Source: Sedimentisphaerales bacterium (GTDB lineage: Bacteria > Planctomycetota > Phycisphaerae > Sedimentisphaerales > SM23-30). Taken from it: a DNA stretch of 64,000 bases. Location: assembly GCA_963666285.1 (NCBI GenBank), contig OY762711.1; one strand, given 5' to 3'. Below are positions 1 to 9,823 of this stretch, piece by piece (position 1 is the first letter of the stretch; each line of letters opens with the position of its first letter). Position numbers and translations under genes: made by a program. Below the pieces are notes generated by a model. It was not told the origin of the DNA. It did not search any database and worked only from the letters and a program-made list of their open reading frames with translations.

Positions 1-2019
1 ACTGATAACGGCTGGTTTTCTGATTTTGAAATTCAGATAGCAGTTATAAGAACCGGTACTACTGATGACGGAGTTGTTAATTTTCATGTACGAAACAGCG
101 GCAGTGCAACTCAGGTTGCCACGATCAATGCAGGTCAGTGGTATAATGTCTGGGCAGTTATAGATCAGACAACAGATACCTATGATGTTTATCTTGGTCA
201 AGGTATGCTGGCAGCTACATCAGCAAACCTGGTAGCAGATAGTTTTAGCTTCCGAAATGGGACAGCAGATCCATTGGTAGCGGTCAAGGGCTTAGGTTAT
301 AATTCAGCTGATAGTTGTTTGTTTATTGATGATATATATATAATAGATGGTGCATATCTTGGATATGCTCCAACTAAGCCATATGATCCTGCAGTATCCA
401 TGGAATCAGTTGGTGGTCAGGTTGAGGCAACCTTGTCATGGAAGCCAACAGTTGACGATAGCGGCACATATGCAGTAGAACCTGATATTGCAGAAGAATA
501 CCTTTTCCTGGGAGAGTCAGTAGATGCCCAGTATTATATTGGTACACTGCCAGATCCCGGTACAGACGAGATAACAGTATCAGAAGTTGTTTCCGGTCTT
601 GATTTTGACACAAAATATTACTGGACAGTAGTAGATGCAACTGTTGGAAATGAAGAAACATTTACAGTAGAAAGTACACTTGCTGATGCCGATCCTAACG
701 TAAATATTTTTGGTCCAACCTGGTCATTTGATTCTTTGATTTCAAGTGCGGTTATTGATATCCAGCCGTCAGATACCCGTGTATTTGAAGGTGAGACAGC
801 AGTGTTTACAGTTGAATATAATACTGCAATTAATCCTGTTGTATCAGCCGATTGGTATAGAAATGGTGTAAAATTGTCAGAAGGCGATGGTATCACTATG
901 GACTTTAGCTCAGCAGCAGGTGACGGGCAGGCAACATTAGCAATTGCAGGAGCATCGCTTGATGATGAAGCCAATTACTATTGTGTATTGAGTACGGATT
1001 CGTCGGTAATAACAGACGATGTTCAAACTGCTACAAGGCTGCTGGTAATTAAGAAGCTACTGGCACAGTACAGTTTTGATAATTCTGAAGACCTGTTGGC
1101 AGATACAGGTGAATTTGCAGCCGAAGTCGGCACAGCCAGAGACGCAGCTCAGCTGAAGACAGTTTCACTTGACGATCCAAATGAAATGCTGGCAGTTGCA
1201 GCTACGCCGGTAGAAGTTGACGGTATTATCGGTGGTGCTTTGTATCTTGATGGTGACAAATATGTAGATATGGACTCTGAAAGTTATCCAAGGGCCGGTT
1301 CGCTGGATACCGTAGGCGATATTCGCGGTCTAGGATATGAGAAGCAGGGCTTTGGTCGTGGTATGGACGCAGGATCAATCCTGCTGTGGATCAAGCCAGA
1401 GTCAGATGGTTGTGTAATAGCAAATGCAAGCAATACCGATGGAACTCATTTTGCCATAACAACAAACGGCAGTAATAGTGCCAGAATAATTGTACGCGGA
1501 GATAACTGGGGTAGTGATTCCAGTTGGCAGAATCTAGGTGAAGCTAGTGGTGCTTATGACTATATGACAGATTTTGATATGCTGGCAGATGGAGAATGGC
1601 ATATGTTCGCCGCCACATGGAAAGACAGCACAGCCCGAATTTATATTAACGGTGAACAGGTTGCAGAAAGCACCCAGGGTTATGCTGAAGATTATACAGC
1701 CTGGGACTATAGCAATTTGATTGGCGTATCTCGTCAGGGCCAGCCAAATCGCCACCTGTTAAATGCCGGTGATTTCTTCACGGGTGCTGTTGACGAGTTA
1801 AGGATCTATAACTATGCTGTCTCGGCAGAGGTAATAGCTGATGAATACGAAATGCTGAACGAAGCAGGTGTAGTTCCTTGTATCGATCATGAATTTGTCG
1901 GCAATAATGCAAACCTTGATAATACGGTTAATTCTTATTGTGTAGTTGACCTGTTTGACTTAGCAGTACTGGCAAAGTATTGGCTGGTAGATGGTTTTGC
2001 AGTTGAAGATGTAGAATAA
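1..2019 (+). CDS. Secreted multidomain protein (N-terminal beta-sandwich, Ig-like, LamG-like jellyroll, C-terminal half-dockerin-like motif); 5' end lies before the window
   Basis: Frame is open from base 1 (TDNGWFSDFEIQ...) and aligns with the N-terminal part of the paralog at 2894; Ig motif DEANYYC; LamG motifs DGEWHMFAATW and GAVDELRIYN. Confidence 0.8.
   Translation, partial: TDNGWFSDFEIQIAVIRTGTTDDGVVNFHVRNSGSATQVATINAGQWYNVWAVIDQTTDTYDVYLGQGMLAATSANLVADSFSFRNGTADPLVAVKGLGYNSADSCLFIDDIYIIDGAYLGYAPTKPYDPAVSMESVGGQVEATLSWKPTVDDSGTYAVEPDIAEEYLFLGESVDAQYYIGTLPDPGTDEITVSEVVSGLDFDTKYYWTVVDATVGNEETFTVESTLADADPNVNIFGPTWSFDSLISSAVIDIQPSDTRVFEGETAVFTVEYNTAINPVVSADWYRNGVKLSEGDGITMDFSSAAGDGQATLAIAGASLDDEANYYCVLSTDSSVITDDVQTATRLLVIKKLLAQYSFDNSEDLLADTGEFAAEVGTARDAAQLKTVSLDDPNEMLAVAATPVEVDGIIGGALYLDGDKYVDMDSESYPRAGSLDTVGDIRGLGYEKQGFGRGMDAGSILLWIKPESDGCVIANASNTDGTHFAITTNGSNSARIIVRGDNWGSDSSWQNLGEASGAYDYMTDFDMLADGEWHMFAATWKDSTARIYINGEQVAESTQGYAEDYTAWDYSNLIGVSRQGQPNRHLLNAGDFFTGAVDELRIYNYAVSAEVIADEYEMLNEAGVVPCIDHEFVGNNANLDNTVNSYCVVDLFDLAVLAKYWLVDGFAVEDVE
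1879..1986 (+). repeat. Half-dockerin-like motif, copy 1 (CIDHEF...NLDNTVNSYCVVDLFDLAVLAKYWL)
   Basis: Protein motif shared with four other ORFs in the window. Confidence 0.65.
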
Positions 2020-2055
2020 TTATCCATTAGATAATTATCTAATTTACCTGAATTT

Positions 2056-2086
2056 AGCCGGGGCTCTTAAATGTGGCTCCGGCTTT
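2056..2086 (+). terminator. Intrinsic terminator
   Basis: AGCCGGGGCT..GGCTCCGGCT hairpin followed by T's; nearly the same stem as at 5244. Confidence 0.7.
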
Positions 2087-2893
2087 ATATTTTGTGGGTA
2101 GGGGAAAGAGCCTAAGTTGGCAGGTTATCGGACCGCGAAAAGGGGTTACTAGAAATAATTATGTATTTATTGCATGGATAGTAATTTAACCATTTGTTGA
2201 ATTATGTGGCAAGTGTGTATAATTTTTCGGGGAAAATTACGTAAAATCGAAGTTTTTATTATTTTTTTGATAAAAAAAATATTTTTTCAGGGAAAAAACC
2301 CTCTTCATTTCATATGTATATGTTAGGAGTTACTGGTATGCCAGATATTCAAGGCATAATTTAGCCTTGGCATATAATATCTTTTTGATTCGTATTTAAA
2401 CCATAAGGACAGAAAGTACATTGTGGTTCAAATAAGAATCTGTAAGTCTTTGCTGCCTTTAGAGAGTAGAATTATAATTTAATTGATTTACTGAGAGAGA
2501 AAAGAAGAGAGCCTGCTATATTTTATCAAAGGAGCGAATTTATTTAACCGATTTTAAACTGTGGTTTTGTTTGATTAATTATAGGGCAGATTTTAGCCAA
2601 CTGTTTAGGGCAGTATAATTATTGATACCCAGGTTTAGTTTTTAAGAGAACAAAGCCGACAAAAGATATTGGCAGTTATATTGATATGTTGCGAAATATA
2701 AATTAGGGCTAAATAGCCGGCTTAAAGACAAGACAGGAGGCAGGTAGAACAGTAAAGAGAATAATTAAAACGGCTGACGTATTAGCGTTTGGCGATTCTG
2801 AAGAATTCTTTTTCTGCAAGTCCCTTTGATATATGACGATTTGAGTTATCTGAACTAATTATTTATTTATACAGTTTTCTGGAGGAATTAAGA

Positions 2894-5206
2894 ATGAAAA
2901 AAATAGTGTTAATGTTAACGCTTGCAGTATTGGCTTCAATGGTTCGAGCCGAATTGGTAGATGATTTTGATAGTTATGAGGCAGGGCTTGTTCGTGATGT
3001 TGCCAGTCCTCCATGGACAGCAATAGCAAATACCGGCCTGGCAATGATCATTGATGACGGTACTGGTAACAAGGTTATAAGTGCCGGTTGGAACAGCGGC
3101 TGGCGTGGAGCATACAATGATAATATTACCCCGGTAGCAGACGGAACAGATAATATGATGTTGTATTATTCTGTGTATGCTAACAGTGAAAGCCTAAACC
3201 ATGTATTTGGCATGTCAGATGTAGAAGGTGCCAGCCTGGACTGGTTTGATGACTATGAAGTTCAGATTGGTCTGACAGATAACGGTACAGCAGGTGATGG
3301 TAAGCTGAATTTAAACGTTCGCAATGCCGGTGGAAATATAACCACAGAGATCGATTTGCAGACCTGGTACAATGTCTGGGTTCTTATCGACCAGATAAAT
3401 GATACTTATGATGTATATATAAGTACCAGTGATATTTATTCGGCTACCCTGGTTGCTGATAACGCTCAGTTTCGTAATGCTCAAGCCGGTGCAGTTGGCG
3501 ACCTGACAGCCTTGCTGGTTTGCGGTTATAATGCCAGCGGTCAGCAGGATATGTGGATTGATAATGTTAAGCTTGAAGTTGTACCATGGCCGTATGATTC
3601 AATAGTTGATCAGACAGCTAATGGTGCTGCAGTAGATGTTACTTTGAAATGGAATCCGGCAAGAGATCCTGAGAAGGTAGAAGAAGTTAATCCAGATATT
3701 GTAGAAGAATATGTATTTGTTGGAGCAGAAGGAGAAGCTCAGTATTATGTCGGCAGCTTGGGAGATCCCGGAATAACTCTGACAGAGTCAGTATTTGAAT
3801 TGTCTTTGGACTATGATACAACTTATAACTGGACAGTAGTTGACGCTCTGGACGGTTATGCCCAGACTTTGACAACGGCGAATACGCTTGATGATGCCGA
3901 TCCAAATAATATAATAGGCCGCACCTGGACATTCGATACATTGCTTTCAAGTGCGGTAATAACAACACAACCTTCAGACGCACGAGCGTTTGAGACAGAT
4001 GATTCTGTATCGTTTACAGTTGGTTTCAATACCGTTGTTAATCCTGTGGTAGCAGCTGACTGGTATAAGGATGGCGAGAAACTGACAGTTGGCGGTGATG
4101 TCAGCGTTACATTCACAAGTGAAGTTGGCGATGGTGAATCTACCCTTACAATAGCAACTCCGACAGCGGATGATGAAGGTCAGTATTATTGTGTTCTCAA
4201 TACAGATTCAAATACATCTGTGACATCTGACGATTCTCAATCTGCAACACGTCTTTTGACAATCAAGCGTCTGCTGGCAAAATACACATTTGATAATGAA
4301 AGTGATCCTCTAGCCGATACAGGTGAATTTGCAGATGAAGTTGGTGTGGTTCGTGAAGCGGCCGAGCTAAAGACAGTATCGCTTGATGATCCTAATGAGG
4401 TTCTTGCAGTTTCTGCTACTCCTGTAGTTGTAGATGGTATTGTTGGAACAGCTCTTTATCTTGATGGTGATGAATATGTTGACCTTGATTCTGAAAGTTA
4501 TCCAAAGGCCGGTCCGTTGAATACACTAGGTGATATTCGTGGTTCCGGTTATGAAAAACAGGGCTTTGGCCGTGGAATGGATGCCGGTTCTATCCTGTTG
4601 TGGATCAAGCCTGAATCAGATGGCTGTGTAATTGGAAATGCAAGCAATTTGGATGGAACTCATATTGCTGTTACAACTAATGGTACTGACAGTGCCAGGG
4701 TGATAGTACGCGGTGAAAACTGGGATGGCGGCTGGCAGAATCTAGGTGAAGCCAATGGTGCATATAATTATATGACTGACTATTCGATGCAGGATGGAGA
4801 ATGGCATCTGTTTGCAGCAACCTGGGACGAGAGTACCGCACGTATATATATTAATGGCGAGCTTGTTTCAGAAAACACGCAGGGTTATGCAGAAAACTAT
4901 ACAGCATGGGACTTTAGTAATTTGATTGGTGTTTCCCGTCAGGGGCAGCCAAACCGTCATCTATTGAATGCCGGCGATTTTGTTACAGGTGCTATTGATG
5001 AAGTGAGAATATATAACTATCCGATTTCAGCGGCTGATATTGCAAGTGAGTATGAACTGCTGAATGAAGTAGGAGTTACACCTTGCTTGAATCACAACTT
5101 TGTTGGAAGTGAAGTAAACCTGGACAATACCGCATCTTCTTATTGTGTAGTTGATCTTGTTGACTTTGCATTACTTGCAGGCAACTGGTTGGCAAATGGT
5201 TTCTAA
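2894..5206 (+). CDS. Secreted LamG/Ig multidomain protein, paralog of the upstream gene
   Basis: Signal peptide MKKIVLMLTLAVLASMVRA; SD GGAGGA; Ig DEGQYYC; LamG GAIDEVRIYN; C-terminal CVVDLVDFALLAGNWL. Confidence 0.85.
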   Translation: MKKIVLMLTLAVLASMVRAELVDDFDSYEAGLVRDVASPPWTAIANTGLAMIIDDGTGNKVISAGWNSGWRGAYNDNITPVADGTDNMMLYYSVYANSESLNHVFGMSDVEGASLDWFDDYEVQIGLTDNGTAGDGKLNLNVRNAGGNITTEIDLQTWYNVWVLIDQINDTYDVYISTSDIYSATLVADNAQFRNAQAGAVGDLTALLVCGYNASGQQDMWIDNVKLEVVPWPYDSIVDQTANGAAVDVTLKWNPARDPEKVEEVNPDIVEEYVFVGAEGEAQYYVGSLGDPGITLTESVFELSLDYDTTYNWTVVDALDGYAQTLTTANTLDDADPNNIIGRTWTFDTLLSSAVITTQPSDARAFETDDSVSFTVGFNTVVNPVVAADWYKDGEKLTVGGDVSVTFTSEVGDGESTLTIATPTADDEGQYYCVLNTDSNTSVTSDDSQSATRLLTIKRLLAKYTFDNESDPLADTGEFADEVGVVREAAELKTVSLDDPNEVLAVSATPVVVDGIVGTALYLDGDEYVDLDSESYPKAGPLNTLGDIRGSGYEKQGFGRGMDAGSILLWIKPESDGCVIGNASNLDGTHIAVTTNGTDSARVIVRGENWDGGWQNLGEANGAYNYMTDYSMQDGEWHLFAATWDESTARIYINGELVSENTQGYAENYTAWDFSNLIGVSRQGQPNRHLLNAGDFVTGAIDEVRIYNYPISAADIASEYELLNEVGVTPCLNHNFVGSEVNLDNTASSYCVVDLVDFALLAGNWLANGF
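5084..5191 (+). repeat. Half-dockerin-like motif, copy 2
   Basis: CLNHNF...NLDNTASSYCVVDLVDFALLAGNWL. Confidence 0.65.
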
Positions 5207-5243
5207 TTCAGGATTTCTATCATGAATCTTTTTAGCTAATAAT

Positions 5244-5279
5244 AAGCCGGGGCCTTTCGCGAGGCTCCGGCTTTTTTTT
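5244..5279 (+). terminator. Intrinsic terminator
   Basis: AAGCCGGGGCCT..AGGCTCCGGCTT hairpin followed by T8. Confidence 0.85.
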
Positions 5280-5297
5280 GAAAGAGGTCTATAAGAG

Positions 5298-5383
5298 AGG
5301 ACTTTCGCAGTTTTTCATTCACAAGGTCCTGTTTTAATCTTTGTTTGTAATGTTGAACTGCCAAAAGTGTGATACCGCGCTAA
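5298..5383 (+). mobile_element. Short (internally deleted) copy of MITE-like non-coding repeat
   Basis: ACTTTCGCAGTTTTT left end joined directly to ATTCACAAGG...GTTGAACTGCCAAAAGTGTGATACCGCGCT right module; matches 25205-25419 and 62737-62928. Confidence 0.6.
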
Positions 5384-5408
5384 GAGTGAAATAGTTGAGG
5401 TTTGTCGA

Positions 5409-7889
5409 ATGAAAATATTGAATCTGAATAACAGTCATTTGAAGAAAATACTCCTGTCGATATTGTTATTGTTTTGGACAGCTGCAGTTGCTGATGTGTC
5501 GGTTCGAGAAGCTTCTGAGATTAGTAATGATACAATTGACTGGATGAAAATAGTGGCAGACTGGCAGCTGACCCAGAGCAGCTGGGACAGTTCTGTAAGT
5601 TGGGAGCGAGGTGCGCTGCATGCCGGTATGATGGCGTGTTATGAGGCTACTAAAGACGAGAAATACCTGGAGAAATGCCGGGAGTGGTCGGAGAAGTTTA
5701 ACTGGCAGCTGGGCTGGAATAATTCCAATCATGCCGATAATATGGCGTGTGCCCAGACATATTTGGAGCTGTATCTGCTGGATGAGCAGGATCCGTTTCG
5801 TTATGCGGATTATAAGAGTCAGAATGATACATTTGTGAACGATCCGGAAAGGTTTGACTGTATTAACTCCGGTGACAGTGACCAATGGTGGTGGTGTGAT
5901 GCCTTGTTTATGGCGCCGCCTGCACTGGTGAGGCTGTCCAGGGCGATAGATGATCCGATCTATACACAAGCTATGCATATAATGTGGTCTGATACCCAGA
6001 GTTGTCTGTATGATACAGAAGAACATCTTTTCTATCGTGACATCAATTATCTGCCGCCGTACAATTATAATGGTAAGAAAGTATTCTGGTCTCGTGGTAA
6101 CGGCTGGGTGATAGCCGGAACGGCAAGAGTGCTTCAATATCTGCCGCTGGAAGATACAAACCGGTCCGGTTATGTTACTTTGCTGCAGGATATGGCGGCG
6201 AAGCTGGCGGATATCCAGCTGGAAGATGGGTACTGGCATTCCGATTTACTCAGCCCTGAGCGATTTGATGTCCCTGAGACCAGCGGGACCGGATTCTTTA
6301 CTTATGGAATTGCCTGGGGTGTTAATAACGGTTTTCTCAATGAATCTGAATACTGGGGCAATGTTGAGGCCGGTTGGGATGCTTTGAGAGCGGCAGTGAA
6401 GTCGGATGGTTTGCTCGGCTGGGTTCAGCCGGTAGGCGCAGATCCGAGACTGGCGACAGAGTACGGGACAGATGTATTTGGTATTGGTGCTTATCTACTG
6501 GCCGGAAGTGAGATTTACAAATATCAACTGGCACATGATTCCTGGACGATAGACTGTTTTGAGAGTTATGTGGATAGTGTCGGCTTGAGTGCGGCATGGT
6601 CTGACGGCACCATAAATAGCAGCTCATCAGAAGCAACACTTGGTGACTATGGTGATAATTTTATGAAGCTGGCATATAATAATGGTCAGTATCCATATTA
6701 TTCAGAAACGACCAAAGCGTTTGCTACTCCAATGGATTTTGCAGCAGATGAAGCATATTATCTTTCGGTTCTGGTTCGAGGTGATGTCGCTAATGCCGAA
6801 GAAAGTATGTTTATTCGGCTGGAGGATGTCAGTTCGAATACTGCGACTGTAGTAATGGATGACAAATCAATAGTACAAACCGCCAGCTGGCAGGAGCTTG
6901 GTTTTAAGCTGGCAGATTTTTCCGGAATTGATAAAACACAGATAGTGAAGCTGACGATTGGTATCGGGACAGCGGGCCGGCCAGATGGGACAGGCAGCGG
7001 AACGGTACGTGTCGATAATATCCGCCTTATGCCGAAAGAGTGTATTGCAGCAGATGATATAGTATTTGATTGCAATATGAATATGCAGGATTTTGCCCTG
7101 TTGGCTGCTGAATGGCTGGATGAAAACAGGATAGTGGTATCCCCGGTAGATCCAGGGAGCGAAAACCTTGTTGGATACTGGCCGCTAAACGAATCATACC
7201 AGGATGTAACAGGTAATGGTTATGATGCCCAGTCCGGTTCATCGGTAATTTTTGATAGCGGATATTCAGGTTCGTCGGTTTACTTTGATGGCACAGATTA
7301 TGCGAGCTACCTGGTTTGTGAAAACAGCAATAATCTGGATTTTGAAAACGGGCTGACAATCTCAGTCTGGATAAAGAGCTCCGGTCAGCAGGATCAATGG
7401 GCATCGGTTGTAACTAAAGGTTTACAGGCCTGGCGTTTGATCCGTAACAGTACCGGTAATTCGTTATCGTTTCATTTTAATAAATCCGGTGGCGGTGAGT
7501 ATCAGGCAAATGGTTCTATTGAAGTTATGGACGGTCAGTGGCATCATGTTATGGCGGTTTATGACGGCAGTGAGCTTCGGCTATATATAGACGGTCAGCT
7601 GGATGCTTCAACAGCAGCCGGTTCTGTTAATACCACTACTGATCCGGTCTATATTGGCAGCAGGGTAAATAATACCAGTAACCGAAACTGGATAGGAAAT
7701 ATTGATGATGTGAGATTGTATAATATTGCTCTTGATGAAAGTAACTTGTTATACCTGGCTGATAAGCCTGGATATGTGGAGCTGCCGGAAGAGAAATATC
7801 CGGCTGATCTGGTTTTTGACGGAATAGTTGATATGGTTGATCTGCAGGTATTGGCAGAAAAGTGGGCCCAGGAAATCATTTGGCCATAG
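5409..7889 (+). CDS. Secreted GH105 (GH88/105 clan) unsaturated uronyl hydrolase with CBM-like domain, LamG and two half-dockerin-like motifs
   Basis: Motifs WWCDALFMAPP, HLFYRD, FWSRGNGW, ETSGT; LamG GNIDDVRLYN; signal peptide. Confidence 0.85.
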   Translation: MKILNLNNSHLKKILLSILLLFWTAAVADVSVREASEISNDTIDWMKIVADWQLTQSSWDSSVSWERGALHAGMMACYEATKDEKYLEKCREWSEKFNWQLGWNNSNHADNMACAQTYLELYLLDEQDPFRYADYKSQNDTFVNDPERFDCINSGDSDQWWWCDALFMAPPALVRLSRAIDDPIYTQAMHIMWSDTQSCLYDTEEHLFYRDINYLPPYNYNGKKVFWSRGNGWVIAGTARVLQYLPLEDTNRSGYVTLLQDMAAKLADIQLEDGYWHSDLLSPERFDVPETSGTGFFTYGIAWGVNNGFLNESEYWGNVEAGWDALRAAVKSDGLLGWVQPVGADPRLATEYGTDVFGIGAYLLAGSEIYKYQLAHDSWTIDCFESYVDSVGLSAAWSDGTINSSSSEATLGDYGDNFMKLAYNNGQYPYYSETTKAFATPMDFAADEAYYLSVLVRGDVANAEESMFIRLEDVSSNTATVVMDDKSIVQTASWQELGFKLADFSGIDKTQIVKLTIGIGTAGRPDGTGSGTVRVDNIRLMPKECIAADDIVFDCNMNMQDFALLAAEWLDENRIVVSPVDPGSENLVGYWPLNESYQDVTGNGYDAQSGSSVIFDSGYSGSSVYFDGTDYASYLVCENSNNLDFENGLTISVWIKSSGQQDQWASVVTKGLQAWRLIRNSTGNSLSFHFNKSGGGEYQANGSIEVMDGQWHHVMAVYDGSELRLYIDGQLDASTAAGSVNTTTDPVYIGSRVNNTSNRNWIGNIDDVRLYNIALDESNLLYLADKPGYVELPEEKYPADLVFDGIVDMVDLQVLAEKWAQEIIWP
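7041..7118 (+). repeat. Half-dockerin-like motif, copy 3 (internal, before the LamG domain)
   Basis: CIAADDIVFDCNMNMQDFALLAAEWL. Confidence 0.6.
7803..7865 (+). repeat. Half-dockerin-like motif, copy 4
   Basis: ADLVFDGIVDMVDLQVLAEKW. Confidence 0.65.
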
Positions 7890-7914
7890 TTTTTGAATTT
7901 GGAGGATTTTGTTA

Positions 7915-9480
7915 ATGGTAAGAAAAATGTTACATGTTGTTTTGGTGGTTTTGTTTATTGTCGCAGTTCCAGTATTGTCTGCACCGCCTGATGGTGCCGG
8001 TTACAGCTGGAAGCTGGTTTTTGGCGATGATTTTAACGGCAGCAGCCTGGATAGGAATAAGTGGATAAGTCAGCTGCCCTGGACGCGGGATTATAAAGGT
8101 GATGCCTATATTCGCGACAATAATGTGACGGTTGAGGACGGCATATTGACCATTACCGCCAAAGCAGAAGATTATTCAGGTCATGAATTTACTTCCGGAG
8201 CGATATCAACCGGCTATAGCAAGTTTCGATTTAAGTATGGCTATGTAGAGGCGAAGATTAATATGCCTAGTGCTCGCGGCAGCTGGTGTAATTTCTGGAT
8301 GCTTTCTGACGGCTGGCCACCGGAAGTGGACATTGTAGAGTATCCGCTATACACTGTTTCAGGTGATAGTAATCAGCGATACAGGTATCTGTCGAATATT
8401 CATTATGGCGATTATCTGTCAAATATGGCGACACACTGGAAAAGTGATCTGTCAGCCGGTTATCATACTTACGCCTTTTACTGGCGGCCTTGGTACCTGG
8501 AATATTATTTTGACAACAGTTACGTTCGCAGTATAAGCGATTTTGAATACAGTAATAATTTCGGAAGTATGTATCTTATCCTGGACTACTATGTCGGCGG
8601 CGAATGGAGTGGTGAAGTTTTGCAGCATCCTGACCCTGACACCTGGCCGAATCCGGCTACCAGTGACGGCGGTAAGATGCAGATCGATTGGGTGCGGGTC
8701 TGGCAGCGTAACCAGGATGCGGTAAAGGAGTGTATAGGATGGTGGCGTCTGGATGAGGAAAGCGGAGCAGTTGCCTCAGACGTTAGTGGTAAAGGTATGG
8801 ACGGCACACTACAGGGCGGCATGAGTTTTGACACCAATCGGGTAAACGGTAATCTTGGTACAGCGGTTACTTTTGACGGAGTTGATGATTATGTTGATTT
8901 GCCGGACGGTTTCGATGAATTTGATAACGGCTGTACCTTTACACTATGGGCCAAGCCGACGGCGGTGAAAAATCATGCCAGGTTTATCGAGCTGGGTAAT
9001 GGTACAACTTCTAATACAATTTCCTTCGCTCGTGACGGTACAAGCAACGGATTGCGTTTTAAATCTTATGGCGGCAGCAGTTCTGATGGTGCTGTTATTG
9101 CTAGCGATGCGATAGAGCTGGATCGCTGGCAGTTTTTTGCCGTTACAATAGACAATTCCGATAATGTATGTTTGTATAAAAATGGCGAGTTGATAAAGAC
9201 AGGCACTTCTACCTGGCCGTGGGGTGTCAAGCGTACACAGAATTACCTGGGCCGCAGCAGCTGGTCTTCGGATGCTTATTATCAGGGTGCTATGGACGAA
9301 GTAAGAGTATTCGATTTTGCCCTGACCGATACCCAGATACAGTATGTCTATGAAAACAGTAAATTCTGCTCGGAACCGTATCCGGAAGAGCTGGATATTA
9401 ACTGGGATTGTGTGATAGACATTACCGAGCTGTCGGTATTGATGCAGGCATGGCTCAGTAACGGTTTTGAAGTTGAATAA
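7915..9480 (+). CDS. Secreted GH16 glycoside hydrolase with LamG and half-dockerin-like tail
   Basis: Catalytic WPPEVDIVE (ExDxxE); WKLVFGDDF; YGYVEAK; SD GGAGG 9 nt before ATG 7915. Confidence 0.85.
   Translation: MVRKMLHVVLVVLFIVAVPVLSAPPDGAGYSWKLVFGDDFNGSSLDRNKWISQLPWTRDYKGDAYIRDNNVTVEDGILTITAKAEDYSGHEFTSGAISTGYSKFRFKYGYVEAKINMPSARGSWCNFWMLSDGWPPEVDIVEYPLYTVSGDSNQRYRYLSNIHYGDYLSNMATHWKSDLSAGYHTYAFYWRPWYLEYYFDNSYVRSISDFEYSNNFGSMYLILDYYVGGEWSGEVLQHPDPDTWPNPATSDGGKMQIDWVRVWQRNQDAVKECIGWWRLDEESGAVASDVSGKGMDGTLQGGMSFDTNRVNGNLGTAVTFDGVDDYVDLPDGFDEFDNGCTFTLWAKPTAVKNHARFIELGNGTTSNTISFARDGTSNGLRFKSYGGSSSDGAVIASDAIELDRWQFFAVTIDNSDNVCLYKNGELIKTGTSTWPWGVKRTQNYLGRSSWSSDAYYQGAMDEVRVFDFALTDTQIQYVYENSKFCSEPYPEELDINWDCVIDITELSVLMQAWLSNGFEVE
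9367..9456 (+). repeat. Half-dockerin-like motif, copy 5
   Basis: CSEPYPEELDINWDCVIDITELSVLMQAWL. Confidence 0.65.
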
Positions 9481-9528
9481 GTATTTGGTACCCTGTTTTT
9501 AAGGGGTGCCGGATAAAAGTATAATAAT

Positions 9529-9572
9529 GAGGTAAGTTTTTGTGTAATGCAGGAGTTTACCTCTTTTTTTTT
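9529..9572 (+). terminator. Intrinsic terminator
   Basis: GAGGTAAGTT..AGTTTACCTC stem followed by T9. Confidence 0.75.
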
Positions 9573-9823
9573 GTTTTTTTATAGAATCATCGATGTTAAA
9601 ACAGTATATTGGAATAATGGCCAGGAAACTGGATTGTAAATATTAATTTATTTTAACGAGGTGTTTTTTGAAACTTATTATTAGTTCAACAGATGTATGC
9701 TAGCGCATGTGATGTAAAACGTGCGCACCCAATCGATCCCCGTAATTTTGGAGGAATTTTAAATATGATAATATAATGCCTGTAGCAGATATCTACAGGT
9801 GCAATACATAAAGGAAAATTAAA

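Noticed and set aside
205..2019. ATG 205 as the true start, or a truncated pseudogene
   Set aside because: The frame is open to base 1 and homologous to the paralog upstream of this ATG; the gene is cut by the window edge
2095..2155. Purine-rich segment resembling a c-di-GMP riboswitch
   Set aside because: Lacks the GEMM consensus stems and tetraloop/receptor
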